Below are positions 48,301-60,745 of a stretch of 64,000 nucleotides of DNA, piece by piece. The notes under the pieces are model-generated. The model ran no database searches, was not told the origin of the DNA, and worked only from the letters and a program-made list of their open reading frames with translations. Position 1 is the stretch's first letter. Each line of letters begins with the position of its first letter. The position numbers were made by a program, and so were the translations under genes. The stretch is from Lama glama (taxonomy: Eukaryota): positions 11,284,001 through 11,348,000 of the forward strand of contig CM052841.1 of NCBI GenBank assembly GCA_028534125.1. Reading direction: 5' to 3'.

Positions 48301-49269
48301 CTGTAAAATCATTAAGACATAGAAGAACGGGGATTCCCTTAACTTGGGGGACCATTTTCTCTTTACTAAAATGTCAGAACTGGTGTACCTCTCTTTCTTT
48401 ACTAGTTAGAAAGGACTAGGAGGAATTGAGGAGATGCCCATTATTCTCCGCTATTGGACAAAAGTAAAAGGGAATGGTAGCCATCAGTTCCTTTCTGCAT
48501 ACTCCAAGCTGGGCGACACAGGAGGAAAAAGATCCTTCTTTGACTTTTCTCCTGGGTAATTGATGGCTTATGTTCTTGGCAGTTAAAAGCAGCAGACATG
48601 TGAGTGGGCATATGGAAATCAAAGGGCAAGATGTAGTGGAGTCCAGTCCTCATTCAGCATTTTACAAAAGCAAGTCTAGTATTCAGAAGAAAACAGTAAA
48701 TCCCATTCCCGTTTTTGATCGTGCTGCCTTCTCCAGCATTTCCCTGGGGTTCGTCCCAGGTTCCTCTCACTTTGGGGCACACATTGTCTCTCTTGGTGTC
48801 ACCCCAGCCCACATTATTATGCCAAATGGTATTTCTGGTTTGTATTTCTTTCTTATCCAGCTATTAGAGCGGACCTAGCCGTCTGTTGAATTTTTTTTTT
48901 TTAACTTTGTCGGAAATTGAGCAGATGGATTTGAATTCCTAATTTTCTTCAAAAATGTGCCAAGTACTTGTTCCTTTGTTCCTCATTTTCCCCTTGACCA
49001 ATTCCTTGTGGCTTTGCATTTTTCCTCTTTAAAAGAATCTCACTGATTAGTCTTGTCTCGCTGTGTTCTAGGCATCTCACTGGGAGCTCATTTCTCTAGA
49101 ATCTGCTCCCCTTCTGTTTTGAGGTGTTATCTGCCTAGTTTCACACACCTAGTATATGTGGATATACACACAGATACTACCATTGAAAGAATAGAAAGTC
49201 ATATTAAAATGCTAAAATATAATTTATACTTCTTGAGATTGCATAAGAAAAAAAAGATGTGTCCAGTGT

Positions 49270-49440
49270 TTTATTGAATACTGTGAACCAGTTAACTTGC
49301 AGAGCTTTTAAGATAAATTATCTTAATTTAATCTCATTGAATACCCTCTAATAATCCCATTTTACAGAATAGGGTAGTGAGACTGCAGGAGTGGACTTGC
49401 CCAAGGTCAGTTACCCAGTAAGCAGTAGAGCCAGGAGACA
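49270..49440 (-). mobile_element. MIR SINE
   Basis: 'ataatcccattttacaga...gacttgcccaaggtcag...agtaagcagtagagccagga'. Confidence 0.7.
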
Positions 49441-49474
49441 AAATCAAATTTATTTTACACTATCATCTACTTTT

Positions 49475-49631
49475 TTTTTCTATTGTTTTTGTTGTTGTTG
49501 TTTCGTCTTTTTTTCTGGGTGGGGAGGTAATTAGGTTTACTTATTTATTTGTTTAATGGAGGTACTGAGGATCGAGCTCAGGACCTCGTGCATGCTAAGC
49601 ATGTGCTCTACCACTGAGCTATACCCTCCCC
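49475..49631 (-). mobile_element. Full-length camelid-type SINE (Vic-1-like)
   Basis: Minus strand reads 'ggggagggtatagctcagtggtagagcacatgcttagcatgcacgaggtcctgagctcgatcc' (A and B boxes) plus 'aacctaattacctcccc' and an A-rich tail; perfect 15-bp TSD CTATCATCTACTTTT at 49460-49474 and 49636-49650. Confidence 0.92.
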
Positions 49632-50229
49632 ACTGCTATCATCTACTTTTAATTAAAGGAGCATCTGCTCACATGAAGGGTTTAGGTGGAGTCCTTCCTT
49701 TTGGGGAGAGGGGACAAGCAGGACAGTTCCTGAAGTTGTTTAAACCTTAAGCATTTTTGTCTCTAAGATGGGGATGATATTAATGTACTTTCAGTATTTC
49801 TCTGAGAATTAAGAGATCATGAAGGTAAGTTCCTTGCACAGGGCCTGATATGCAGTGATTTGGGAAGTGTCCAATATTTTTTTCCATTAAAGTTATTATT
49901 TTGATTGATGGTGATATTATAATTTCATCCTGGGACAGAAAAGTAAACTGTGCTAAGACATACAAATTACCATGTGTTACTAGATCTGTATCCTTTACTA
50001 AGCCCAGTGACTGCCACCAGCTCTTATGTTGTGGTCCGTGTTGTCCTCTCCTGACATCTGCCCTGCAGCACAAAGTTATTTGGAGACCTGATTGTTTGGC
50101 TCCCTTTTCTCAGAGGCCATGTTTCCCTGGTCAGCAGCTGCCTGTACAGTTTAATGCCAGACTTCCTTCTCCCATCAGCACAGCTGTATGAAACCTTCCT
50201 GGACTGATCTGTTTTCCATCCTTGGTGAG

Positions 50230-50760
50230 ACTGTAGATTAAAGGTCAGCCATCCATATCTTCAGCCGCCTGTGCGAATAGCACGGTTGCATTGCCTTGTC
50301 TTGCTGTCTTCCTCCTGCCTCCCTTGCTATCAGTCAGAAGAGCAAGCCTTCCCTTGGCTGGCTGCTTACTTGCCTCCGCCTCCAGTTTTCGGAGTTGAAA
50401 TGCAGACCTGAAATTATCAAAGTAAAACAAAGGAAAGTAATAATGAACCACACAAACAAGCTACCAGTGACCTTTTTTGCTCTATAACAAACGGCATATA
50501 TGGTATTTTCAATTAAACACATCTTGAAATTCCATTTTTTGCTGCTGTGTAGCGTTGCTTTTCTTTTTGTTTTCTTTGAAACATCCGTTTGCGACCTTGG
50601 GAAGTCTTCCTTGTTTCTAAGAAACAGAATCCAGTTCGGTCTGTAACAGCCTAGTAGTGCCTGTGTGTGTGATGGGCTGGGGGCGGGGGGGTGTTGCTGG
50701 TAGTTTCCTGTATCTTGGTACTTCATTAATATACATGGAGCTAATATCTGAATGTCTGTG
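50230..50760. promoter_or_regulatory. Candidate promoter/enhancer-like unique block
   Basis: Repeat-free and CpG-elevated; GC box GGGGCGGGG 50680-50688; CArG-like GCATATATGG 50494-50503. Confidence 0.3.
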
Positions 50761-52699
50761 ATAAAATGAAACTTGCATGTCTCTGGGCATGAATTAGCTG
50801 AACAGAAAAGCTCCAGGGAGCTGTGGGTGGGTGGGCATGAAAGAAAAAACGTAAGGATGCTACACGGCTGCCCAATGGAAGGGCAACTTCTAGTTCTGTT
50901 ACAACCAGGAAGCTCTGGTTCCCACTAAAGAGCTAGCAAGTGAAGACCACCCTGCCCCCGGCAACCTCTGTGGCCCAGAGAACCCAAGGGTAGCCCAGGA
51001 GAGAATGCTGAGAGAGGGGGATGAGACAGGCATGTTGCAGATGGTATCAATGGAGAGCAGTCTCCTTAGTGGTGTTATTGGCTTGTGTTGTTGATTTAAA
51101 ACCTGAACTTTGGTCACTTACAGAGTCATAGTTCTGCGATTAGAAATCTGAACTCAGATACACAATGAAGCAGCGTCCTGGTGTGCCCTGTAAAGGGTGA
51201 GAACAGAGAGGGAGTGCGAGAGACCATCGGCATCCACACTGCACCAGCCAGATATCCTGCTCAGGTATGCTGGGTTAAGGCTTCAACAGCTTCTTACTAA
51301 GAAGGAGTTAGGAGTTGATACCAGAATCCTACTGTCTGGAAATTGAATTTTGCTATATATTAGCTATCTTTAAGCTAACCATCATGAACTATAAATAAAA
51401 ATCCCCAAATGAGAGCAGCCTTCTGGGTTTTGTGACAGATGGCTGTTTGGACCTGGTGGTCCAGCCTAGCCACTGCAGTCAAGGGCCCACAGAGGGCAAT
51501 ACCAGATACATGCAGATGTTTACCCAATGTGGTTTGTCAAAGTGAGCTGCTATTTTCTGTACCATCTGGCACAGTAGCATTGTAAAGAAAATGAAAGACC
51601 AGATCCCTTCCTTGGAAGAGCTTGCAGTCTAGGGGAAAGGCAGGATTCATCAAAGTGTAACAAATACACAGAATTTTTTAATTTATATTTTGTTATCATA
51701 GTAATGCATGTGCATGGTAAAAGCAAGATATATTAAAAAAACAGAGCAGACAGTAATTTAAAAATACAGTCCCCTGACCTGCCACTTCCAGCCTCACTGT
51801 CAGCGTAAACCTCTTTTAACTGCTTCTGTTTTAGGATCTTCTGGTTGTTAGGATCACAGCACTAAAAACTATGTGTAAGCTACTTTATTGATAAACTTCA
51901 TATATTTTCTATTCCTCCCCGTGGCAAAAGGATTTTACACAACTCCCCTCTTCTTTCTAAATTCACAATTATATTACTCTGTATTTATCTTTTCTCCTGA
52001 TTACTTTTATAACTCATTGCAGCTGTATTTTTCTACTCCATCAACTTTTGGTGGAATCTGTTTTCTTTCATTCTCTCTTTAGAGCCTCTTTCATCCCTTG
52101 CCCAGTTCCACTGTCAGCCCAAATTTTTAGTGTCAAGGGTGATACATTTTACTTTGTGTTCTGTAAGGAGACTTGTCTCTCTGGCTCTGTATTTAAGTTA
52201 TTTAAATAGCAAGTTCTTTACAATGAAGCACAATATGCATAGTCTAGTTTCTTCTAGTTAGTATGCCAGTTCTGAGACCTGAGAAACCAGTAGAGGTGAA
52301 ATGGATGGAGAGTAATTCACGGAGGCTTGAGGACACATCCTGAATCTTGAAAAATGTGGAAGAGTCAGATGGGTAGAGAGAGGTCGAAAGTGTGGAGCGG
52401 AGAGAACACAGGATATGCGAATGAGTCTGGTGTAGTCAGGTGATAGACAAGTGACAAGGCTCTCGGGAGAAAATTTTCTTGAAGCACAATGGTGGATAAA
52501 GTTGGAAAGGTAATGTGGAACCAGATGGTTGGCTCTGAGCCTCAGGCTGTCTGCTTCTCCCAAGTTGTAGCCTACACTTTCCCTGCCTCCACTTCCTGCT
52601 CTCTGTCTCCGCAACCTCATCCAATCTGGTGCAAGCCCACACAGCTCTCTTCAAATTGCTCTCAGAGACCACCAGACTTACCTAATGGTTTAGCCCTAG

Positions 52700-53820
52700 C
52701 CTGCATCCTCCTTTATGTCTTTGTGGGATTTGATCCAGTGGGCCGGCATCTGCTTCTAGACCCTTCCACTCCCTTTATCCTCTGGCCTTGTATTCTCCGT
52801 GTTCCTCTCCTGGCCCTCTTCATGTTGCTCCCTTGTCTCTTCCAGTGTGTTTTCTCGGAGGCTGTGTTGAGTTTTCTCCCCTTGACCCACTGTCTCTCCA
52901 TCGGCTGTTCTCTTCATGTCTGTCTGCCTCGTGCGTTGATTCCAGCTTTGATTTCCTTCCCAGATCTACTTTCCATCGCTGATCGTTGGTGAACTTCTCA
53001 ATCTGCCTGATCAGTCAGAGTGTTCACTCAGCATGTTCAAGACTTACCCTGTTCCCTTCCACGGCAGTGCCCCTTCCTGTTTGTCTTCCTTAGTTGTGTC
53101 GTTATCCTTTAAGTCAGCTGGATTCAGACGCTCCTGATAGCTCTTGATCTCAACCCCCCACTCACAGTCACTGGGTTCTGTCAGTATCCTGCCTCTGTCA
53201 TTTTTCTAGCACTTCACACCACCTTACCATTCCCAGTTCTGCAACCCTGCAGGGCCCCTTTTAGTCTTACCTGTATGGATGCAAATTCTCCTAAGTGTTT
53301 TCTAATCTCTCCCTGTTTCAGTCAGCCCTTCTCAAGAAACCAGGATAGGATAGATCTGATCATGTTATCTCCTATCCACATCATTGACAGAATAAAGGCC
53401 TCATGCTTTGATCTATCTTAGTGGTTTAAGATCACCCATATCCACCTTTCTAGCACAGGCTTCCACTGTTTCCTCTCATGCAACCAACCTATAGTCGGGC
53501 AATATTAGATTTCTCAGTTTTCCCCCAACCTGCCATTGTTTGCTCCTCTACCTGATTCCTGATTTAAACTCCTGACATCTTCCCACAAAACTCAATTCAG
53601 TTGCTACCTGTATCATAGCCTTTCTTGTGTATCACCCCTCCCTTCCCTGCCACCCCACTTTCCTCCCATTGGGGTAAATGATTTGTTTTTATTTCCTCTA
53701 TAGTAGATACAGCATTTTGCCTTATACTACCGAAGTCCTATTCAGGGTAAGACAGTGGCTTAATTTTATAATACCTCTCCCCTTTTCTTATATCCGGTAA
53801 GAGTTTGTTATCTGAGTTAA
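52700..53820 (+). mobile_element. Long diverged L2 LINE fragment (3' ORF2/UTR)
   Basis: Pyrimidine-rich, with L2 landmarks 'cactcagcatgttcaagactta', 'cagtcactgggttctgtcag', 'agatctgatcatgttatctcc', 'cagaataaag'. Confidence 0.65.
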
Positions 53821-55524
53821 TTAGAAAGTGGATATTTTGGTAAGAAAGACATGCCTTTTGAGGTCAGAATACCTTGTCAAAGCATGGTTCGTAGTACCCA
53901 TTTTATCTTAAGCAAGTCGGTGAACTTCCTGTGCTTCTGTAAAATAGAGATGATATTAGTATTTCCAGTTCCTTAAGAACCAAAGAGTTAATATCTATGG
54001 AAAATGTATGGCTCTGTTTCTCTTCCTTTTAAAAGAATTAATGGTTATATTTTTTTTTCTGAAATACTCTCTACCAGCCTGTGATACTATGAGATGGACA
54101 TTACTCACTAATTCTGTTTTACAGAGAGAAGGACCGTGAGAAAGTGACAAATTGAGACTTAACGTCTATTGAAATAGATATCCTGTCTCTTAAAACGATT
54201 CATATCCCCAAAGAATGCCTTGCCCCAAACATTTTTGTGAAGCACACTGTAGTACTTAGAACCACTGATGCAGGCCCAGAAATCCCCAACTGCCCCAGTG
54301 TCCTTTTCAAACCTAGGCAGGCTCCTGGCTCATTTAACCATAAAGATAGGAGACAGGGCTCTTCAGGGTCTCTACAGGGGAGAAGAGTCTAGGGATGACC
54401 TTCAGGCTAGACGTGCCCCTGACCACCAGGGGGCGCTCTCTGCAGCGGCAGGGAACCATGGCAATGGAAAGACATGGAGTAGATTTTGGAGCCCTAGGTT
54501 TGAATCTCTACGCATTTTTTTTTTTTTTTTTTTTGGTTTAGCCAAGTTGCCAATCATATTAGAACATGAAAGCTGGTTAAGACCTGCTTTGTATAATTCC
54601 CAGGATGAAACGAGGTCTGTAAGTTAGAGCGCTGAGCTCTAGCACTGGCACAGAGCTGGTTCTCCATGAGTTGCATCTTCTCCCCATCCTCTCACCACCT
54701 TCCCTCCAACACTACGTTTATTCTCTTGGCCTGGGTCAGGGGAGGCTTCCTACAAGGTGACTGTTGATCGGAGCAGACCCATATCCCTTGACCTGTTTCA
54801 GGGTCCCCTAGATCTCCAGGGGTTGTCACTCTAAATATAGCTTGGGGATGAACAAGGAAATGCAGCCAGTCAGCAGCTCCTAGTGGCTTCACAAAAGCAG
54901 TTATTGGCAGGGAGCCCACAGTTCGAGAGCAGGGAGACAGGAATAGTACTCAAGGCTAGTTCAGGGCTCTTTCTGCCAGTTTCTGCTGCCGCTGCATCTG
55001 TGGGTGCAACTGGGGATTAACTCTTCCCTTCTTTCTGCAGCACAGCCACAGTGTCTAAGCAGGAGCTGAATTTCAGGTCCCTCTAGAGAAATTATTTTCC
55101 TTTGCTTAATAAAGTGGCACATTGAACCCATCTTATGTACAATGCCTTTGTTTACCATTCCCGAATTAGAAATATCGATTGCAGGCTTTTCAAGTTGATG
55201 ACCAGGTTGACCTTGTGTATCCGCTCAAGTGGGTTTTGTGTAAATTGCCACCAAACGGAGACTTAGACCTCTTGAAAAAGCACAGATTCTATTTTAGCAG
55301 ACACTTGCTCAGTTATTCTTCTGGTTCCTTTTAGGCATGATTATTGCCTCTCCATGCTTTCCCCAGCCACTTAGCTTTATTGTAACTGATTGCACAGACC
55401 CAAGATAGCAGATTTCACTGGTTCTGTTTCAGGTCTAATTCATTAGTCTCTCCTTGACAGAAAAGGGGAAGTATCTGTTCCCTCACCCTGATGGCGAGTG
55501 GCAGTTGATATAGGTCACTGGCTT

Positions 55525-55640
55525 TTTGTATCCATGTAACCTTCCAAACAACCTTGTGAGGCAGGCATGAGAACCCTATTTCACAGATGAGGAAATTGAA
55601 GTGTAGAGAGACTTAAGTCACTTGACCAAGGTCATCCAGC
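55525..55640 (-). mobile_element. MIR SINE core
   Basis: 'acaaccttgtgaggcagg...cctatttcacagatgaggaaattgaag...ttaagtcacttgaccaaggtcatccagc'. Confidence 0.8.
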
Positions 55641-56417
55641 AGTAATTTCAAGGCTCCATTAAAGTTATAGCATAAGTCACTTTACCAATTAAGAATATAA
55701 GAAAGTATATTTTGCTTGTCACCTGTTTGAAGTAGAATCAAGCATGTTGATTCAGTGCCTGCTACTCAAAAAGGTGCCCTAGTCCCTGACCAGACTCCGT
55801 TCTGGATTTACCTTAAGAAAGGCTTCTGTTATCCATGTAAGCCTAGCTGGCAGCCCTACCACAGGCTCCGTGCCACCTTGTACTTCGGCCTTCTTTGCAT
55901 GCACTGGGATTGCCTGCTTGTCAGGCAGCCCTTCAGACTGACAGCACCTGACCACCGGGGTGGCCCTGGGTCCTGTTCATCTGTCTCTCCCAATGCTGGG
56001 CACAAGGCTGATAATACAGTAGCTGCTCAGCAAATAACTTTCTGGCTGAAAACAAAAGGTGCAGAGAGCCAGCCAGCTAAGTCTTAGGATGAATGAATTC
56101 CAGATGCATATAAGTGCAGATGGGCCAACAGGAACTTAGAAAAAAGTATGAGGAGACAGAAATCTCTCCTTAAATTTTATGAACCATAATAGACACCCAC
56201 ATGTCCATACAGGAAAAATTGTTGAATTTATTTTAAATGGAGTTTTATATGTGAACACAAAGTTCACATTGTGTCATTTTTTTTTATCCGACGCCTTCTC
56301 TGAGGGAATGTTGGTATGTAACACTAAAAGGTAAGCGTTGTATGCTGGACCATTCTTGAGGGATACCAGAAAGGAGAAGGAAGGGTGTGCTAGTCCTCAA
56401 GATGTATGCTAGGATGG

Positions 56418-56775
56418 CATCTTGGTCTCTTTGGGCTGCTATAACAAAATACCCATAGACCAGATGGCTTATAAACAACAGAGTTTTTGCTCACAGTTCT
56501 GGAGGCTGGAAGTCCAAGATTAGAATGCCAGTGTGGTTGGGTTCTGGTGTGGACCCATTTCTGGGTTGCACACTGCCAACTTCTCCTTATATCCTCACAT
56601 GGCAAAGAGGCAAGGGATCTCTGTGGGCTTTTTAATAAGGGCACGAATCGCATTCATGGGGGCTGCACCCCTTGTGACCTAATCACCGCCCCAAGGCCCC
56701 ACCTCCTAATACCATCACCTTGGGAGCTAGGATCTCAGCATATGAATTTGGGAAGGAAACATTCAGACCATAGCC
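56418..56775 (-). mobile_element. MaLR solo LTR (MLT1A/A0-like), full length
   Basis: 'gggctgctataacaaaatac...ctcacagttctggaggctggaagtccaagat...ggccccacctcctaataccatcaccttggg...acattcagaccatagc'; TSD GATGG/GATGT. Confidence 0.92.
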
Positions 56776-57807
56776 GATGTATTTTCCAAAGCTCTGTCTC
56801 AAAATGACTAAAATCACTCCCATCAGTCAGAAAGGGACCTGAAGAAAAGATGTCCTTCTATGGGTTTATACAACTGCCCTGGGATTGGGTTTTCAGTATC
56901 AACATAAACCTGGCCAGATTCTGAAGAGGGACTCATGTGAAGGTTTTTGTTCAGCCATTTGTCATTCGAGTGTCTACATCCTGTCTGTCACCTTGGTTTT
57001 AGAAATAGACATGGAAGCCTCAGGAAATGGAGTATCAAAAAATCATTTATGGTGATAGAGTGTGATTTCATCCTCCTTATCATTTTTTGCCAGATATCTA
57101 CTGTAGTTGGGTGGAAACAGAAGTAGACACCATTCCACTGTTTGGCACAGGATCCTGCCATATATCTTTTTGCAGAGGTGTGGGCTTAGAATGTTTCATT
57201 ACCACTGAGCATTTCAGGATTTGAAGTGTATGTCCTGTTAGGTTAAAATGTTTAGGACCAAGATCAACTGCCTTGCTCAGAGGCCACAGGAAGAGCCTCT
57301 CATTTATCCCAGTGGTCTTACAGTAGAGTCTGCTATGGTCTGTGTGTAGACATGCACCATGTAAAATAAAGAGCCTTCAGTGCTTGTTGTTAGCAGAGTC
57401 ATATTCTGTCTCTTTCTTCTCTTGACAGATAGATTGATTAGAGAAGACGACTGGCTTATGTGGGAGTCTGACCATCACATGCTGGGGCTGAAGAAGTCTG
57501 TCCTCGAGGCATTACTGTGGAAGTCTGCTGTTCCATGCATTTCTACTCTTGGCCCAGCCAGACTGTGAGTTCCATAAAGGTGACAACTTATCTTTGATTG
57601 CCTGTGTATTTCCCCACCAATGACAGCATTCTGAATACAGAGAGGTGCTCAGTATATATGGTGGCCAAATGACTGAGACATTTGGAAACACATTTTGAGT
57701 GGAGACACATGGTCAGTATGGCCTTTGTTCTCTGATGAGGAAAGGACAGAACTGAGCTATTGTTTCTCCAGATGCCCTGGTTGGAGTAGTTGTTTTGCCC
57801 CGCCTGC

Positions 57808-57900
57808 CATTCCCTCCCCTGTCTCTTCTTCCCTTTCCCCTTCCTTTCCTCTCCCTATCTTTCCTCGCCTGCCCTCCTTCCTATCCTTTCCTTTCCTTGT
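57808..57900. repeat. Low-complexity polypyrimidine (CT-rich) tract
   Basis: About 90 bp almost entirely C/T on the + strand. Confidence 0.8.
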
Positions 57901-58944
57901 TAAGAAAGTATATTTATATTGATCTAGAAAGAGTTTTTAAGGAAATAAGTATTGGGAGTTTAGAATAGCGAGATGCGGTAAAAAGACCCAGTTCCACGTT
58001 GTTTGCCTGTCAGGCATTGAGTTTGTTATTGAGTTTGTTTTGTTACTTATAAAAAGGGGATATGACATCTATCTTGTGAAGTTGGTTGCAAGAATTCGAG
58101 ATTTGAAAAGTGCCTGCCAGTCTTAGTAATTGGCATCAAAGGAACTCAATAAATGGTATGAATTACATTGTTGCTGAAAAACTTGGAATGGAAATGTATG
58201 AACCATTTTTGTTACTAAACTGAATACTATGTTAGTCATTTTACCAAACTCTTAAAAAAAGGGAGTAGAGTATCATAGAATGGCTCCAGTTCCTGTCCCA
58301 AGAATGTCTTCCATGCAATTCAGTAGCAGACAGGGACGGACCTGAAAGAGCACACTGTACTTTTCGGTATGCAAGTCACGCAGACTTTAATCATCTGTTT
58401 TCTCACAACATGATTCATTAAGTGTTTAAAAATTTTTGAGTGTGATAAACTGACTTCTTTTTGCTTTTGAGTAAGTGTTTGGAAAGCACAAGATTTAAAT
58501 CTCCAATGTTTGAGTGTTTGTGGGTGGGTCTCTGGGGAAATGACAAATGTGCAAGTCCTTGTGACATATTAGCTGGGTCCTTAATCAGCAGTTAGTAACA
58601 AACACTTGATGGAGAACAAAGGCCTTACCTCTTTGACATGCTTTAGCCTTTGAAGGGTAAATATGACAATGGAATCGCCGAGCATGATTATTCAGAGTAA
58701 GAAAAACAAATTTCTCAAGCTTCATTTTCTTGATTACCAGTTTTCAGACGATATGACTTTGACACAGAATATTTCTACTTGGTGCACATCTCAAAATATC
58801 TTGGACTGATATAGCCTTTCATTCAAAGTTTTTAGAAGATTTGATTCATCAGGAGGAAGTTTATTATAGGAGAAGGATTTGGAATTCAGCAGTAGGCAGA
58901 CCTGAGTTTGAAATATGGCGACACCGTTGGTAACAGTGTGATCT

Positions 58945-59655
58945 TGTGTTAGGATAAAAAATAAATATTTGGTCTTTGCTCACTGTTCCTATGGCAGAGC
59001 TGCTTAAACCCGTGGAATTTACTGTCTTTTGTATGCTAATGAGATGACTTGTGGGAGAGGGGATGTCCTAGAGGGTTAAACTTTCATCCTCACTCCTTCA
59101 ACTTTCTGGGAGGGGAAGGGAGCTAGAGATTGGGCTCCGTTACCAATGGCTCGTCATTTAATCAATCAGTTTTACAGAGGTAATAAATCTCCATAGAAAC
59201 CTCTGAACAGTGGGGTTCAGGGAGCTTCCTGGTGGTGAACACAGTGACGTACTGGGAAGGTGGTGTGCCTGGAGAGGGCGTGGGGACTCCTCACCACCTT
59301 CTCCCTCTCCCCGAACCGTGTCCTACGCGACTTTTCCATATGGCCGTCCCTGAGTGGTATCCTTTGCATGTAGCATTTCCCCAACTTCTATGAGTCGTTC
59401 TAGGGAATTATCAAAGTGGACAAGGAGGTAATGGGAACCCTTGAATTTGTAATTGACCAGGCGGAAGTGTGGTTGCCTCAGTGCCCCATTGGCAGCTGGC
59501 GTCTGAAGTGAGGGCAGTCTTCTAGGACTGAGCCCTCAACCGGTGGGTTGTGCACTCACTCTAAGTAGTCTGTGTCGGAATTGAATTGACTGTTGGACAT
59601 GTAGTTGGTGTTGGAGAATTGGTGTGGAAGAACAACATGTGTTTGGTATCAGAAA
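58945..59655 (+). mobile_element. ERVL LTR, MER21 family
   Basis: 'aaatatttggtctttg', 'gtatgctaatgagatgact', 'ggttcagggagcttcctgg', 'ggcgtctgaagtgagggcagtctt...gactgagccct', 'tgtcggaattgaattga', ends 'ttggtatcagaa'. Confidence 0.88.
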
Positions 59656-59899
59656 AAGCTACTCAGGTCTCAAGGAAGTTTTGCTTTGTTTTGTTTTCTT
59701 CAATGAACTTTGTTTTGTAATCTCTCTAAAAACAGGAAGGGGGCATTATAAAACCTGAGTGTGGTCAGGAGGAATGAGGGGGATGATCTATATAAATGTA
59801 GTACCGTGTTTGTTGTTTTAGTAATTGTACGTAAGTGCGTAAGTGTTAACTCCCTTCCTTCACTTTTCCACCTGATTTTTACGGGCGTGCCAGACACCT

Positions 59900-60745
59900 G
59901 TGCTGTACTGTTTAGAATGTGGTGGAGAACATGGCAAATAAGTGACTTAGGATGGCCCTAAATTACCTAGTGCAGAAATGGAAAGAAAAATTTCAGGAAC
60001 TCCACATGAAATGGAGAAATGTAGAGTTATCTTTCTAAGACTATTAATAGATGGTTTAACAATAGGTTCACCCAAATGTTAATGGCTTGAAAACCTGAAG
60101 GGAAAGTTACCATTGCATTTTATCCCAGTCTTGCTGAACTTTTTTTTTTCCTCTCTTTTTCTAATGACTTGGATGAAATTACACAAACACATCAGGAGAG
60201 AGAACTTGTGTGTTTGATCAGTAAGGATATCAAATAATTCTTCTTAGGCCTAGAGCCATGGACCAAGACCAAAAGGGAAACATTTCCCAGACAAAATTTT
60301 AATGCATGTGTTGACACCAAGATTGGTTTTAGATTCCAACTCTGGAGTGGTCAGACCCCATCCAAAATATTTTCTCATTGCAAGGGCTATACACACTGCC
60401 CGGAGTGGGGCACCTAGTTTGAAGAAAGGGTGGAGGACGGGGGCTACAGAAGCTGTTCCCACTAAGGAGGAGTCGTAGGGCCTGAATTGTTTGACTAGGA
60501 GAACACCTATCTTACCTTGTTGGTTTAAAGGCTGTCATTTGCAAGGCAAGACCAGCTAATTCTGGTCACTCTAGAAAACAGTATTAGAACCAATGGGCTT
60601 ATAATATTGAGAGGTAAAATAAAATCCAGTTCCAATTAGGAAAGACTTCTGGTAATTAGATGAATTCAAAAGTTAACTAGGCCACCTCACAGAATAGAAA
60701 GCTCCTCATTGCTGAAAATTTCCAGCAGAGGATGCATGATACCAA
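59900..60745 (+). mobile_element. L3/CR1 LINE 3' fragment
   Basis: 'tttaaaggctgtcat', 'tagaaccaatggg', 'aggaaagacttctggtaattaga', 'agctcctcattgctgaaaatttccagcagagg'. Confidence 0.65.

Noticed and set aside
49560-49631. tRNA-like A/B boxes
   Set aside because: Head of a tRNA-derived SINE with tail and TSD, not a tRNA gene.
49795-49830. Apparent micro-exon ending ATG AAG|GTAAGT
   Set aside because: Lies within a decayed + strand MIR ('gatggggatgatatt...gagaattaagagatcatg...gcacagggcctg'); likely a chance site.
52489-52992. 167-aa hydrophobic ORF
   Set aside because: Overlaps a pyrimidine-rich decayed L2; the Leu/Pro/Ser/Phe bias reflects base composition.
2983-59655. Several younger elements inserted inside MIRs, suggesting targeting
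   Set aside because: MIRs are old and abundant here, so nesting is expected without a targeting mechanism.
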